A stretch of DNA of 64,000 nt from an uncultured Acidobacteriota bacterium (GCA_963700145.1 OY969474.1:2336001-2400000), one strand, 5' to 3'. Positions 45,695 through 55,504 are shown, counted from the first letter of the stretch. The notes: a model not told the origin generated them from the letters alone. Numbers and translations: made by a program.

Positions 45695-46036
45695 ATGGCC
45701 AACGAAGTCCTCCACCAGCTCCTCCGCGGCACCCTGCACGTGCTGATCCTGCGCACGCTGGCGGGCGGTTCGCTGCACGGCTACGCGATCGCCTCGGCGA
45801 TGGCGGAGCGGAGCGACGACGTCGTCACCCTCGAGGACGGAGCGCTCTACCAGGCGCTCCACCGCATGGAGGAGCGCGGCTGGCTCGACTCGGAGTGGGG
45901 GCACGCCGAGAACGGCAAGCGCGCCCGCTTCTACCGGCTCACGCCGGAGGGGCGGCGCCGCCTCGACCTGGAGACCAGGGGCTGGCTCGAGTACGTGACC
46001 GCGGTACAGAAGATCCTCTCGCCGGCGCCGGCCTGA
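45695..46036 (+). CDS. PadR family transcriptional regulator, acidobacterial type
   Basis: LLRGTLHVLILRTL...HGYAI...GALYQALHRME...RARFYRLT. Confidence 0.92.
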   Translation: MANEVLHQLLRGTLHVLILRTLAGGSLHGYAIASAMAERSDDVVTLEDGALYQALHRMEERGWLDSEWGHAENGKRARFYRLTPEGRRRLDLETRGWLEYVTAVQKILSPAPA

Positions 46037-46042
46037 CCCGCG

Positions 46043-48712
46043 GTGAGCCCTCGGCCCTTCCGCTTCCTGTCGCGCACGCGGCGCGAGATCGAAGGCGAGG
46101 TGGAGGAGGAGATCCGCTTCCACCTCGCGGCGCTGGCGCGGGCGCTGGAGCGGCAGGGCTGGACGCCCGGGGAGGCGCGCGAGGAGGCGCGGCGGCGGTT
46201 CGGAGACCTGCAGGCGACGCGCGCGGCGTGCGTGGCGAGCGACCTGCGGCGGGAGCGGCAGATGCAACAGCGCGAAACCCTGGACGAGATGGCGCAGGAC
46301 CTCAGGCACTCGGCGCGCGAGCTGCGGCGCCGCCCCCTCTTCACCGCCGCGGCCGTGCTGACGCTGGCCGTCGGCATCGGCGCGACGACGGCCATCTTCA
46401 GCGCCGCGGACCACGTCCTGCTCCGCCCGCTCCCCTACCACGAGCCGGAGCGCGTCGTGACCCTGTGGGAGACCGACCGCGGCGCCGGCGAGCTGAAGAA
46501 GGAGGTGGCCGCCGGCAACTTCGTCTCCTGGCGCGAGCGGAGCGCCAGCTTCGCGGCGCTCGGCCTGGTCGAGCCGTTCGGCTACGACCTGACGGGCGAC
46601 GGCCCGCCGCAGCCGGCCACCGCGTGGCTGGTGACGGACGGCTTCTTCGCGGCGCTCGGCGTCGAGCCGGTCCTCGGGCGGAGCTTCGCGCCCGAGGACT
46701 ACCCCGCCGAGGCGGACCCGGAGGCCCCTCCACGGGCGGTGCTCCTCTCCTATGGGCTGTGGCAGCGCCGCTACGGCGCGGACCCGGCGATCCTCGGCCG
46801 CCAGATCCAGCTCGACGGGCAGGGGGTGCCGATCGTCGGCGTGCTGCCGCCCTGGCTGGAGTATCCGGACGACAGGGACCTCTGGGCCCCCAAGGTCTTC
46901 CCGCCCTTCCAGCTCCAGGAGCGTGCCTCCGGCTACATGCCCGCCGTCGGGCGCCTGCGCCCGGGCGTGACGCGGGCGGCCGCGCAGGCGGAGCTCGACT
47001 CCATCGCCGCGGCCCTGGGCGTCGAGCACCCCGGCACCAACGCCGGCGCCGGCGTCAACCTGGTGCCGCTGCAGGAGCAGGTCCTGGGCGGTGTGCGCCC
47101 CGCCCTGCTGGTGCTGCTGGGCGCCGTGGCCCTGCTGCTCCTCATCGCTTGCGCCAACGTCGCCGGCCTCCTGCTGGCGCGCGGCACGGAGCGGAGCCGG
47201 GAGCTCGGCGTGCGCGCGGCGATCGGCGCGGGACGGGGACGGCTGGCGCGCCAGCTCCTCACCGAGAGCGTCCTCCTCTCCGGCCTGGGCGGCGCGGCCG
47301 GGCTGCTCGTCGCCTTCGGCGGGGTCCGCCTGCTCGCGCGCATCGTGCCGCCTGACCTGCCGCGCGCCGGCGCCATCGCCGTGGACGCGCGCATCCTCGC
47401 CTTCGCGCTGGGGGTCACGCTGCTGACCGCGGTCCTGTGCGGCGTGGGGCCCGCGCTCCGCCTCTCCCGTCCCGACCTCCTCTCGGCGCTCGGCGGCGGC
47501 GGCCGCGGCGCCGGCCCGGGCCCCGCCTCGACCCGGCTCCGCAACGCGCTGGTGGTCACCGAGGTCGCCTTCGCGCTCGTGCTCCTGATCGGCGCCGGGC
47601 TCCTCGGCCGCAGCTTCGTCCGCCTCCTCGACAACGACCTGGGCTTCCGCGCCGAGCGCCGCGCCGCCGTCCAGCTCTTCCTCTGGGACCGCAACCCCAC
47701 CGCCGAGCAGCGCCGGCAGCGGGTGGCGGAGCTCGCGGCGCGCTTCGCGTCGGCGCCGGACGTCGAGGAGGTCGCGGTCGTCTCCGCGCTGCCGCTGCAC
47801 CCGCACCAGATCGACCCCCAGGACGAGCTGATCAGGGAGGACAGGCCGGGACCACGCCCCGGCGAGTCCGCCCTGGTCTACACCACGGTCGCCTCGCCCG
47901 GCTACTTCCGCTTGATGGGGATCCCGCTGCGTGCCGGGCGCGCCTTCGGCGAGCGCGATCGGAGCGACGCGCCGCCGGTCGCGATCGTCAACGAGGCCCT
48001 GGCGCGGCGGTTCTTCCCCGGCGAGGACCCGGTGGGCAAGCGGGTGACCGTCGGCGTCATGGGGCGCCCGCTGAGCCGCGAGATCGTCGGCGTGGTGGCC
48101 AACGTGCGCCCCACCGCGCTCGACAGCGACCCGCGCTCGGAGCTTTACGTCCCCTTCGCGCAGTCGGCGACCGGCGGCGTCACCTTCGTCGTGCGCACGC
48201 GGACGGAGGCGGCGGCGATGCTGCCGGTGCTGCGGGCGCTGGTCTGGCAGGTCGATGCGGACCAGTCGGTGTATCACCTGGCAACCGTCGACCGGCTGCT
48301 GGCGGACACGCTGGTGGCCCGGCGCTTCAACCTGCTGCTGCTGGCGGCCTTCTCGGCGGTGGCGCTGGCGCTGGCCACCCTCGGCATCTACGGGCTGATC
48401 AGCTTCCTGGCGAGCCAGCGCCGACACGAGATCGGCATCCGCATGGCGCTCGGCGCCCGGCGGGGCGACATCGTCGGCATGATCGTGCGCCAGGGTCTCG
48501 GCCTCGGCGTCCCCGGCGTGGCCCTGGGCGTGCTCGGCGCCCTGGCCCTGACGCGCTTCCTGCGTCACCTGCTCTACGGTGTGACGCCGACGGACCCGGT
48601 GGCCTTCGTGGGGCTCAGCGTGCTCCTGCTCATCGTCACCGCGGCCGGCGCCTACCTGCCGGCGCGGCGCGCGGCGGGCGCGGATCCCGGCCGGGTGCTG
48701 CGGCAGGAGTGA
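46043..48712 (+). CDS. Duplicated orphan ABC permease (ADOP, MacB/FtsX-like)
   Basis: EEIRFHL...ARRRFG prefix, TLAVGIGATTAIFS, LLIACANVA, EIGIRMALGA, YLPARRAA. Confidence 0.93.
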   Translation: MSPRPFRFLSRTRREIEGEVEEEIRFHLAALARALERQGWTPGEAREEARRRFGDLQATRAACVASDLRRERQMQQRETLDEMAQDLRHSARELRRRPLFTAAAVLTLAVGIGATTAIFSAADHVLLRPLPYHEPERVVTLWETDRGAGELKKEVAAGNFVSWRERSASFAALGLVEPFGYDLTGDGPPQPATAWLVTDGFFAALGVEPVLGRSFAPEDYPAEADPEAPPRAVLLSYGLWQRRYGADPAILGRQIQLDGQGVPIVGVLPPWLEYPDDRDLWAPKVFPPFQLQERASGYMPAVGRLRPGVTRAAAQAELDSIAAALGVEHPGTNAGAGVNLVPLQEQVLGGVRPALLVLLGAVALLLLIACANVAGLLLARGTERSRELGVRAAIGAGRGRLARQLLTESVLLSGLGGAAGLLVAFGGVRLLARIVPPDLPRAGAIAVDARILAFALGVTLLTAVLCGVGPALRLSRPDLLSALGGGGRGAGPGPASTRLRNALVVTEVAFALVLLIGAGLLGRSFVRLLDNDLGFRAERRAAVQLFLWDRNPTAEQRRQRVAELAARFASAPDVEEVAVVSALPLHPHQIDPQDELIREDRPGPRPGESALVYTTVASPGYFRLMGIPLRAGRAFGERDRSDAPPVAIVNEALARRFFPGEDPVGKRVTVGVMGRPLSREIVGVVANVRPTALDSDPRSELYVPFAQSATGGVTFVVRTRTEAAAMLPVLRALVWQVDADQSVYHLATVDRLLADTLVARRFNLLLLAAFSAVALALATLGIYGLISFLASQRRHEIGIRMALGARRGDIVGMIVRQGLGLGVPGVALGVLGALALTRFLRHLLYGVTPTDPVAFVGLSVLLLIVTAAGAYLPARRAAGADPGRVLRQE

Positions 48713-48737
48713 GCTTCCGGCGACGGCGGCGGGACGG

Positions 48738-50048
48738 TCAGCGACGCCGCCGGCGCCGCCGCCGACGCCGCGCGCGCTCGACCTCTTCGCTCTCCTCCGC
48801 CTCGCCGCCGGGGGCGGCGGCCCGCCGCAGCGCCGCCGCGCGCCACTGCTCGAGCGCTTCCTCCCCCTCGCCGGTCGCCCGCACCAGCAGCTCGAGGAGC
48901 AGGAGGCTGTCCTCGAAGTGGGGCCGGCGGGTGTAGCGCAGGCGGTCGGGGAGCTTCCAGCGCGGCTCGCAGAGGCGCCAGAAGCCGGTCAGGGCCTGCA
49001 CCACCTGCAGCGCCTTCGCGTTCGAGGCCGGGAAGCGCTTGAAGAAGCCGGAGGCGGTCTCGCGCACCAGGGCCTCGACGGCGGCGCGGGTCAGCGGGCG
49101 CTGGTCGAGGGCCTCGACGTCGTAGCGGCGGAGGAGGACCTGGGGCAAGAGGAGGGCGCCAACGAGGACGGTGTCGGAGAGCTGCCGCTCCTCGCCGACC
49201 AGGGCGTCGATCGAGGGCGGGATCTGCCCGAAGTCGCCGAGCCCGCGCTCCGCCGCCGAGACCATCGCGTAGGCCTCGGGCAGCAGCACCTCCATCAAGC
49301 CCAGCTCGAGCATCCACTGCATCGCCGCGCCGGCGTGGCCGCAGCGCAGGAGCTGGGCGATCTCCTCGGTCAGGCGCGCCGGCGAGGCGCGCTCGAGGTC
49401 GCGGCGGTGGCGGTGGATCGCCTCCTGGGTGGCGGCCTCGATGCCGAAGCCGAGGCGGCCGGCGAACTCGCAGGCGCGGAGCATGCGCACCGGGTCCTCG
49501 CGGAAACGGACGTCGGGGTCGCCGATCGCCCGCACCAGCCGGCTCTGCAGGTCGGGGATGCCGCCGGTGTAATCGACGACGCTGAAGTCGGCGACGTCGT
49601 AGAAGAGCGCGTTGATCGTGAAGTCGCGGCGGAAGGCGTCCTCGCGCGGCGAGCCCCAGAGGTTGTCGCTGGTGATGAGGACGTCGCGCTCCGGCTCCCC
49701 TTCCTCCACCGCCGCCGCCGGCTCGGCGCCGCGGCGGAAGGTCGAGACCTCGACCACCTCGCCGTCGTGGAAGTAGACGTGGACGAGGCGGAAGCGCCGG
49801 CCGATGACCCGCGAGTTGCCGAAGAGCCGGCGCACCTCGTTGGGGCGGGCGTCGGTGCCGACGTCGTAGTCCTTGGGCCGCCGCCCGAGCATCAGGTCGC
49901 GCACGCTCCCCCCCACCAGGTGGGCCTTGTAGCCGGCCGAGTGCAGCCGGTACATGACCTTGAGGGCGTTGCGGCTGATGTTCTTGCGGGAGATCGGGTG
50001 GTCCTGCCGCGGCAAGATCAGCGGCGCCACCCCACTGCGTTCACGCAT
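48738..50048 (-). CDS. pcnB: Poly(A) polymerase I family nucleotidyltransferase
   Basis: VGGSVRDLMLGRRPKDYDV, IGRRFRLVHV, RRDFTINAL, REDPVRMLRA; Arg-rich tail. Confidence 0.88.
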   Translation of the reverse strand: MRERSGVAPLILPRQDHPISRKNISRNALKVMYRLHSAGYKAHLVGGSVRDLMLGRRPKDYDVGTDARPNEVRRLFGNSRVIGRRFRLVHVYFHDGEVVEVSTFRRGAEPAAAVEEGEPERDVLITSDNLWGSPREDAFRRDFTINALFYDVADFSVVDYTGGIPDLQSRLVRAIGDPDVRFREDPVRMLRACEFAGRLGFGIEAATQEAIHRHRRDLERASPARLTEEIAQLLRCGHAGAAMQWMLELGLMEVLLPEAYAMVSAAERGLGDFGQIPPSIDALVGEERQLSDTVLVGALLLPQVLLRRYDVEALDQRPLTRAAVEALVRETASGFFKRFPASNAKALQVVQALTGFWRLCEPRWKLPDRLRYTRRPHFEDSLLLLELLVRATGEGEEALEQWRAAALRRAAAPGGEAEESEEVERARRRRRRRRRR

Positions 50049-50100
50049 CCGGCCGATTGTATAGGAGGCGCCGGGCCCTTTTTCCGTCATACTTACGCCC

Positions 50101-52533
50101 ATGCCCCCGCGTTTCGACCTGGAGCGGCGGACGCTCGAGCTGGCGGTGGCGGACCTGCTGGAGGCGGGGCTGCTGCGCACGCTCGGCTTCTCGCAGCGCG
50201 GCGGCTACGAGCGGCTCTGGCTGGGGCAGGCGATCCACAGCCGCTACCAGGAGCAGGCGCTGGCCGGCGACCCGAGCTACCGCCGCGAGGTGTGCGTCGC
50301 GTGCACCTTCCCGCACCGCGGCTGGGAGGTGACGGTCTCGGGGCGCATCGACGGCCTGCGTCGCGAGCCGGACGGCACGCTGGTCGTCGAGGAGATCAAG
50401 TCGGTGCGCCGCGGCGCCGCGCTGCCGCCGGCGCAGCGCGAGATGTACCAGCGGCAGGCTCTCCTCTACGCCTGGATCGTCGCGCAGTGCGAGGAGGCGC
50501 CGGTGCGCGCCGAGCTGGTGCTCATCTCGATCGGCAGCGACGAGGTGGAGCGCGAGGAGCTGGCGGCCGACCCGCGCGGGCTGGAGCATGCGGTCCACCG
50601 CCGCATCAACGCGCTCATCGCCGCCTACGAGGCCGAAGCCGAGGCCGCGGCGGCGCGGCGCGCGGCGGCGGGCCGGCTCGCCTTCCCCTACCGCGAGCTG
50701 CGCCCGGGGCAGGAGGAGATCCTCGCCGCGGTCTCGACCGCGCTCGCCAACGGCGAGCACGTTCTCCTCCAGGCGGCGACCGGCATCGGCAAGACGGTGG
50801 CGGCGCTCTACCCCGCGCTGCGCTACGCCCTGGAGCACGACAAGCGGCTCTTCGTCCTGACCGCCAAGACCCTGCAGCAGGAGATGGCCGGGACGGTGCT
50901 GCGCCTCCTCAACACCGAGGGCGCCTTCCGCTCGCTCCGCCTGCGCGCCAAGGCCAAGATGTGCGCCAACGAGCAGGTGATCTGCCACGAGGAGTACTGC
51001 CGCTACGCCAAGGACTACGCGCTGAAGCTCCAGGGGAGCGGCCTGGTGCGGCGGCTCCTCGACGAGTACCCGACGCTCGAACCGGACGACGTCTTCCGCG
51101 CCGCGCAGGCGACGGAGGTCTGCCCCTTCGAGGTGAGCCTCGAGCTGCTGGGGCGGGCGCAGGTCACGGTCTGCGACTACAACTACGCCTTCGACCCCTA
51201 CGTCTCGCTCCCCGACTTCGGCCCCGACCGCGACCTCTCGGACGTGGTGCTGGTGATCGACGAGATCCACAACTTGGTGGACCGCGGGCGCGGCTACTAC
51301 AGCCCGGAGCTCTCGGCCGGCGAGGCGCGGCGGGCGGGGGAGATGGTGGGGCGCGGCGGCGAGCCGATCCACTTCGAGATCGAGCGCCTGTGCATGGCGC
51401 TCGCGGCGCTCATCGAGCGCACGGTGGACGATGCCCTCGAGGAGGGCCCGCCGGGGGAGCGCGCGGTCGAGGTGCCGCTCCCCGAGGACCGCCTCTGGAT
51501 GCTGCGCCCGGACCTCGACGCCGCCTTCGTCGATTACCTCGAGCACCAGCGCACGACCCGCACCTTCCGCGCCGACGACCCGTTCGTCGATATCTACTTC
51601 GACGTGCTGCGGTTCCTGAACGGGCTGGTGGTCTCCGACGAGGCTTTCAGCCACTACGTCGAGCGGCGCGGCGGCGACAGCCGCTGGAAGGTGCTGTGCA
51701 AGGACCCGAGCCGCTTCCTGGGCGGGGTCGTCCGCCGGTCGCACGCGACGATCGGCCTGTCGGCGACGCTCTCGCCGCCGCAGTTCTACTTCGACCTCCT
51801 CGGCTTCGAGGCCGGGCGGACGGCGTTCGTCGAGCTGCCCAATCCCTTCCCGGCCGAGAACCGGCGGGTGGTGATCGACTCGACCGTGGCGACGGCGTAC
51901 AAGGAGCGCGAGGCCAACTACGAGCGGCTGGCCGAGCGGCTGGCCGAGTTCGCCGAGGCGGTGCCCGGCAACTGCCTGGCGCTCTTCCCGAGCTACAACT
52001 TCCTGGCCGAGGTGGCGGGGCGGATGCGGCTGCGCGGCAAGCGCGTCCTGGTGCAGCGGCAGGTGGACGGCGACCGCGAGCGCGAGGCGATCCTCGACGC
52101 GTTGCGGCTGGCGGTGCTCGGCGACGTGCTGCTCCTGGCGGTGGCGGGCGGGGTCTTCGCGGAAGGCGTGGACTACCCGGGCGACATGCTGCGCGGCGTG
52201 GCGGTCGTCGGGCCGTGCCTGCCGGCGCTGACGCTCGAGCAGCAGCTCCTCAAGGCCTACTACGAGGAGCGCTTCGAGAAGGGCTTCGAGTACGCTTTCG
52301 TGGTGCCGGGGATGACTCGCGTCGTCCAGGCCGCCGGGCGGCTCATCCGCTCGGCCCACGACACCGGCGTCATCGCCCTTTTCGACCGCCGCTTCCTCCA
52401 CACCCCCTACCGCGACCACCTCCCCGCCGACTGGCTCCCCGGCGAAGGCGCCGGCGCCCTGGTCGGCGAGCCGGGAGCGGTGGCCGAAGAGTTCTTCCGT
52501 GGGCTCGCCACCGCCGAGCGCCGGCGGGCCTAG
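50101..52533 (+). CDS. DinG/XPD-family Fe-S helicase with an N-terminal PD-(D/E)XK nuclease domain
   Basis: GRIDGL, EEIKS, QALLY; ATGIGKT, four Cys, DEIHN, SATLSP, FPSY, QAAGRLIR. Confidence 0.88.
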   Translation: MPPRFDLERRTLELAVADLLEAGLLRTLGFSQRGGYERLWLGQAIHSRYQEQALAGDPSYRREVCVACTFPHRGWEVTVSGRIDGLRREPDGTLVVEEIKSVRRGAALPPAQREMYQRQALLYAWIVAQCEEAPVRAELVLISIGSDEVEREELAADPRGLEHAVHRRINALIAAYEAEAEAAAARRAAAGRLAFPYRELRPGQEEILAAVSTALANGEHVLLQAATGIGKTVAALYPALRYALEHDKRLFVLTAKTLQQEMAGTVLRLLNTEGAFRSLRLRAKAKMCANEQVICHEEYCRYAKDYALKLQGSGLVRRLLDEYPTLEPDDVFRAAQATEVCPFEVSLELLGRAQVTVCDYNYAFDPYVSLPDFGPDRDLSDVVLVIDEIHNLVDRGRGYYSPELSAGEARRAGEMVGRGGEPIHFEIERLCMALAALIERTVDDALEEGPPGERAVEVPLPEDRLWMLRPDLDAAFVDYLEHQRTTRTFRADDPFVDIYFDVLRFLNGLVVSDEAFSHYVERRGGDSRWKVLCKDPSRFLGGVVRRSHATIGLSATLSPPQFYFDLLGFEAGRTAFVELPNPFPAENRRVVIDSTVATAYKEREANYERLAERLAEFAEAVPGNCLALFPSYNFLAEVAGRMRLRGKRVLVQRQVDGDREREAILDALRLAVLGDVLLLAVAGGVFAEGVDYPGDMLRGVAVVGPCLPALTLEQQLLKAYYEERFEKGFEYAFVVPGMTRVVQAAGRLIRSAHDTGVIALFDRRFLHTPYRDHLPADWLPGEGAGALVGEPGAVAEEFFRGLATAERRRA

Positions 52534-52536
52534 GGA

Positions 52537-53121
52537 ATGCAGCCCGAAAGCAGAGTGCGGTTGCCGGCGGTCGGCGAGCCGTTCGCCAAGGCGGAGCTCC
52601 TCGGCGAGTTGTGGTCGCTGCACGAGCAGAGCACCGCCTTCTGGGAGTCGTTCGGCGCGGCGGAGTTCTTCGCACCGCTCGGGGATGCCTGGTCGCCGGC
52701 GGACAACGTGCGGCACCTCCTCAAGTCGAACCGGCCGGTGGCGCGGGCGCTCGGGACGGCGCGGGTGGCGCTGGCGCTCCGCTTCGGGGTCGGCTTCCGG
52801 AAGTCGAGGAGCTACGCCGAGATACGGGAGACCTATCGCACGGCGCTGGCGGGCGGGGTGACCGCCGGCCGCTTCGCGCCCCGCCCCGAGCCGGCGGCCG
52901 CCGATCCCGAGGCGGCGCGCCGGGCGCTCATGGAGCAGCGCGAGGCCACCGCCTCCGCGCTCGCATCGGCCCTCGCGCGCTGGGGCGAGGGTGCGCTGGA
53001 CCGGCTCCGGCTGCCGCACCCCGCGCTCGGCAAGCTCACGACCCGCGAGATGCTCTTCTTCACCCTGTACCACAACCTCCACCACGTCCTGAACGTCGCG
53101 CGGCGGACGGGGCACGGCTAG
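52537..53121 (+). CDS. DinB family protein
   Basis: WSPADNVRHL and PHPALGKLTTREMLFFTLYHNLHH. Confidence 0.85.
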   Translation: MQPESRVRLPAVGEPFAKAELLGELWSLHEQSTAFWESFGAAEFFAPLGDAWSPADNVRHLLKSNRPVARALGTARVALALRFGVGFRKSRSYAEIRETYRTALAGGVTAGRFAPRPEPAAADPEAARRALMEQREATASALASALARWGEGALDRLRLPHPALGKLTTREMLFFTLYHNLHHVLNVARRTGHG

Positions 53122-53128
53122 CCTCGCC

Positions 53129-53437
53129 ATGCCGGACTTCTACTCGCTCTTCCTGGCCGCCGCGATCGCGCTCGTGGGGGGTGCGCTCGGGGCGGCGGCG
53201 CTGTTTCGGATCGGGGCGCTGGGGTGGCGCTGGCGGGGGGCGGTGCGGAAGGCGGCGCTCAGCGGCTTGGCGCTCGGCCTCGCGGCGGCGGTCGTCCATC
53301 TGCGGATGGGGCATGAGCCCGGAACTCCGGCGGCGCTCGGCTGGAGCGAGTTCTTCGTCGAGCACCCGGCGCTCCTTGTCGTCGCGGTCGGCGGCCTGCT
53401 GGCCGTCTGGCTCTCGGCCTGGCGGCGAGGGCCGTAG
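53129..53437 (+). CDS. Hypothetical membrane protein
   Basis: 102 aa, three hydrophobic segments, co-oriented 7 nt after the DinB gene. Confidence 0.6.
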   Translation: MPDFYSLFLAAAIALVGGALGAAALFRIGALGWRWRGAVRKAALSGLALGLAAAVVHLRMGHEPGTPAALGWSEFFVEHPALLVVAVGGLLAVWLSAWRRGP

Positions 53438-53556
53438 GCGCGGCCGCCCGGCGCCGGCGGGGATGCTGGCAGCCGCAAACGTTCGGGCCGGTCCCACCGT
53501 ATATAGAGGTGAACGGACGAGAGACGGAACAGCTCCTTCTCCCGGATCCCTCCTCC

Positions 53557-53582
53557 ACCCCGCCGCGAGGCGGGGTTTTTTT
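53557..53582 (+). terminator. Rho-independent terminator
   Basis: ACCCCGCC-GCGA-GGCGGGGT followed by a T run. Confidence 0.85.
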
Positions 53583-54132
53583 ATGGGCGGAGCGGGCGGC
53601 GCCCAGGCGGGAACCGCCGCCCCTGGCCAGCCCGCAGCCGGCGCACGAACTCCAGGAACAGCCGCTCCTGCTCGCCGTCGAGGACGGCGCGGCTGTCCAC
53701 GACGTTGGCGGCCATCGCCCCCTCCAGCTTGGCGTAGCTGCGGCCGATCTGCTCGACCAGGGCGTCGATCCGCGCCCGGCGCGGCGCGGGGGCGAGGAGC
53801 TCCCGCCGCAGCTCGCGGTGGAGCTCGGCGAGGACGCGGCGCTCCTCGCGGCTGGTCTCGAAGAAGCGGCGCTGGATCTCGAGGAACCGCCGCCGCTCCT
53901 CGCCCTCGAGCCGCATCTCCTCGACCAGCCGCTGGAGGCGCCGCTGCGGCCCGCCGGGTCCCGGGCGCGCCGCCGGGCCGTCGTCGGGCCGCCGGTCGAA
54001 CGCCGGCGGCGGCGGTGCCGGGAGGGGTGCCGCCGTCTCCTCCCGCGCCCGCTGGGTGGCCAGCGTGGCGAGGATGCCGACGTTCACCCCCAGCGACAGC
54101 AGGAGGGCGAGGACCAGCCCCCAGCGCCTCAC
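53581..54132 (-). CDS. Spy/CpxP-like periplasmic heavy-metal sensor family protein
   Basis: LLLSLGVNVGIL anchor, helical body, RAVLDGEQ (LTxxQ-like) motif. Confidence 0.8.
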   Translation of the reverse strand: MRRWGLVLALLLSLGVNVGILATLATQRAREETAAPLPAPPPPAFDRRPDDGPAARPGPGGPQRRLQRLVEEMRLEGEERRRFLEIQRRFFETSREERRVLAELHRELRRELLAPAPRRARIDALVEQIGRSYAKLEGAMAANVVDSRAVLDGEQERLFLEFVRRLRAGQGRRFPPGRRPLRP

Positions 54133-54608
54133 GAGCCCTCCCCGTCCTCACCGGCCAGCGCCGCCAGGTACTCCTCGGCCAGGCTGGGGGCGAGGAAGCC
54201 GTCTTCCTCCTCGCCGGCCAGCGCCGCCTCGACGGCGGCCGCGGTCGCGGTAGGCGTCGGCGGACGCTCCGCCGGCCGCCGCAGGGTGCCGAGGCCGGCG
54301 CCGGCGACGATCCCGGCGGCGAGCGCCGCCGCCCCCGCCGCCCGCACCCAGAGGGGCGCGAGCGCCCAGGAGAGGACGGGCGCCCCCTCGGCCTCGCGCC
54401 GCGCCCTCGCCATCACCTCCCGCACGAAGCCGGCCGGCACCGGCGCACCGGGCGCCGGCTCGGCCGCCCGCCAAGCTGTCTCCAGCCGCCGCCAGGCCGC
54501 GTCCAGCTCCGGCTCGCGCGCCAGCCGCGCGCTCAGCGACGCCGCCCGCTCCGGCGGCAGCTCGCCGGCCAGCAGGCGCACCAAGTCTTCCGTGTCGTGC
54601 CCGCTCAT
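54129..54608 (-). CDS. Putative anti-sigma factor
   Basis: LLAGELPPE..., VPAGFVREVMAR, single TM; follows the ECF sigma. Confidence 0.7.
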   Translation of the reverse strand: MSGHDTEDLVRLLAGELPPERAASLSARLAREPELDAAWRRLETAWRAAEPAPGAPVPAGFVREVMARARREAEGAPVLSWALAPLWVRAAGAAALAAGIVAGAGLGTLRRPAERPPTPTATAAAVEAALAGEEEDGFLAPSLAEEYLAALAGEDGEGS

Positions 54609-54632
54609 CGCTCGCACCTCCATTGGAACCAG

Positions 54633-55226
54633 CTACCCCTCCCGATCCTGCGCCGCCGCGAGCCGGCGCATCGCCCGCACCAGGCGGCTCTCGACCGCCC
54701 CTTCCGTGATCCCCAGCACCATTGCCGCCTCGCGGTAGGAGAGCTCCTCGAAGCGCACCAGGACGAGCACCGCTCGCTGCCCCGGGGGCAGCCGCTCGAT
54801 CGCCCGGCGCGTCGCGTGCCAGCGCCGGCGGGCCGCCAGCTCGGCCTCGGGGCCGGCGCGGCCGTCGGCCGGCTCGAGGGGCGGCGCCGAGTCCTCCTCC
54901 ACTCCCTCCCCCAGTCGGATGAAGCGCACGACCCGCCGCCGGCGCAGCAGGTTCAGGCAGTGGTTGACGGCGATGCGGTAGAGCCAGGTGTAGACTTGGC
55001 CGCGCGGGCGGTAGCTCCCCGCCTTGCGGAAGGCTTTGAGGAAGACCTCCTGCGCCGCGTCGCGCGCCTCCTCGACGTCGCCGAGCAGGCGCTCGCAGAG
55101 CCGCAGGAGGCGCTGCTCGTGCCGCGCCACCAGCGGCGCGAAGGCCTCCACCTCGCCGGCGGCCACCCGCCGCAGCAGCTCCCAGCCCGGGTCGGCGGCG
55201 TCCGCGTCGTTGAGCCCCGCAGCCAC
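54633..55226 (-). CDS. ECF RNA polymerase sigma factor
   Basis: ARDAAQEVFLKAF, TWLYRIAVN, LSYREAA...GAVESRLVRA. Confidence 0.92.
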   Translation of the reverse strand: MAAGLNDADAADPGWELLRRVAAGEVEAFAPLVARHEQRLLRLCERLLGDVEEARDAAQEVFLKAFRKAGSYRPRGQVYTWLYRIAVNHCLNLLRRRRVVRFIRLGEGVEEDSAPPLEPADGRAGPEAELAARRRWHATRRAIERLPPGQRAVLVLVRFEELSYREAAMVLGITEGAVESRLVRAMRRLAAAQDREG

Positions 55227-55243
55227 GCGCCGGGTGGAACCCC

Positions 55244-55504
55244 TCAGCCGGGCGGCTCCTGCGCCTTGTCCCGCCCCTCCGCCCAGCGCTGGCAGCGGCG
55301 GTGGAGGGTGGCGAGGAGCCAGGCGTCCTTGTCGGCGATGCGGTCCCAGCGGTAGGTCAAGACGAGCGCCACCTCGTGGAGGATGCGCTCGGCGTCGGCG
55401 GCGGGGAGCCGGAAGCGCGCGAAGAGGCGCTCGGCATCGGGCTGCAGCCGGCGCAGCAGCTCGGCCAGCCCCTCGCTGCCCGAGGGGCCCTTGGACGGGA
55501 CCAT
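55244..55504 (-). CDS. Small protein resembling an isolated ECF sigma region 2
   Basis: LFARFRLPAADAERILHEVAL...DAWLLATLHRRC. Confidence 0.5.
   Translation of the reverse strand: MVPSKGPSGSEGLAELLRRLQPDAERLFARFRLPAADAERILHEVALVLTYRWDRIADKDAWLLATLHRRCQRWAEGRDKAQEPPG

Noticed and set aside
50101-50700. cas4 gene of a CRISPR-Cas or type IV DinG system
   Set aside because: No Cas4 Cys cluster in this domain, no array or other cas genes, and a housekeeping context
48918-55355. 2145-aa ORF and other long Arg/Ala/Gly-rich ORFs in the track (e.g. 86-2437, 28938-31553, 45677-48568, 60200-62830)
   Set aside because: Shadow or antisense frames of recognisable genes, expected at high GC; no family motifs
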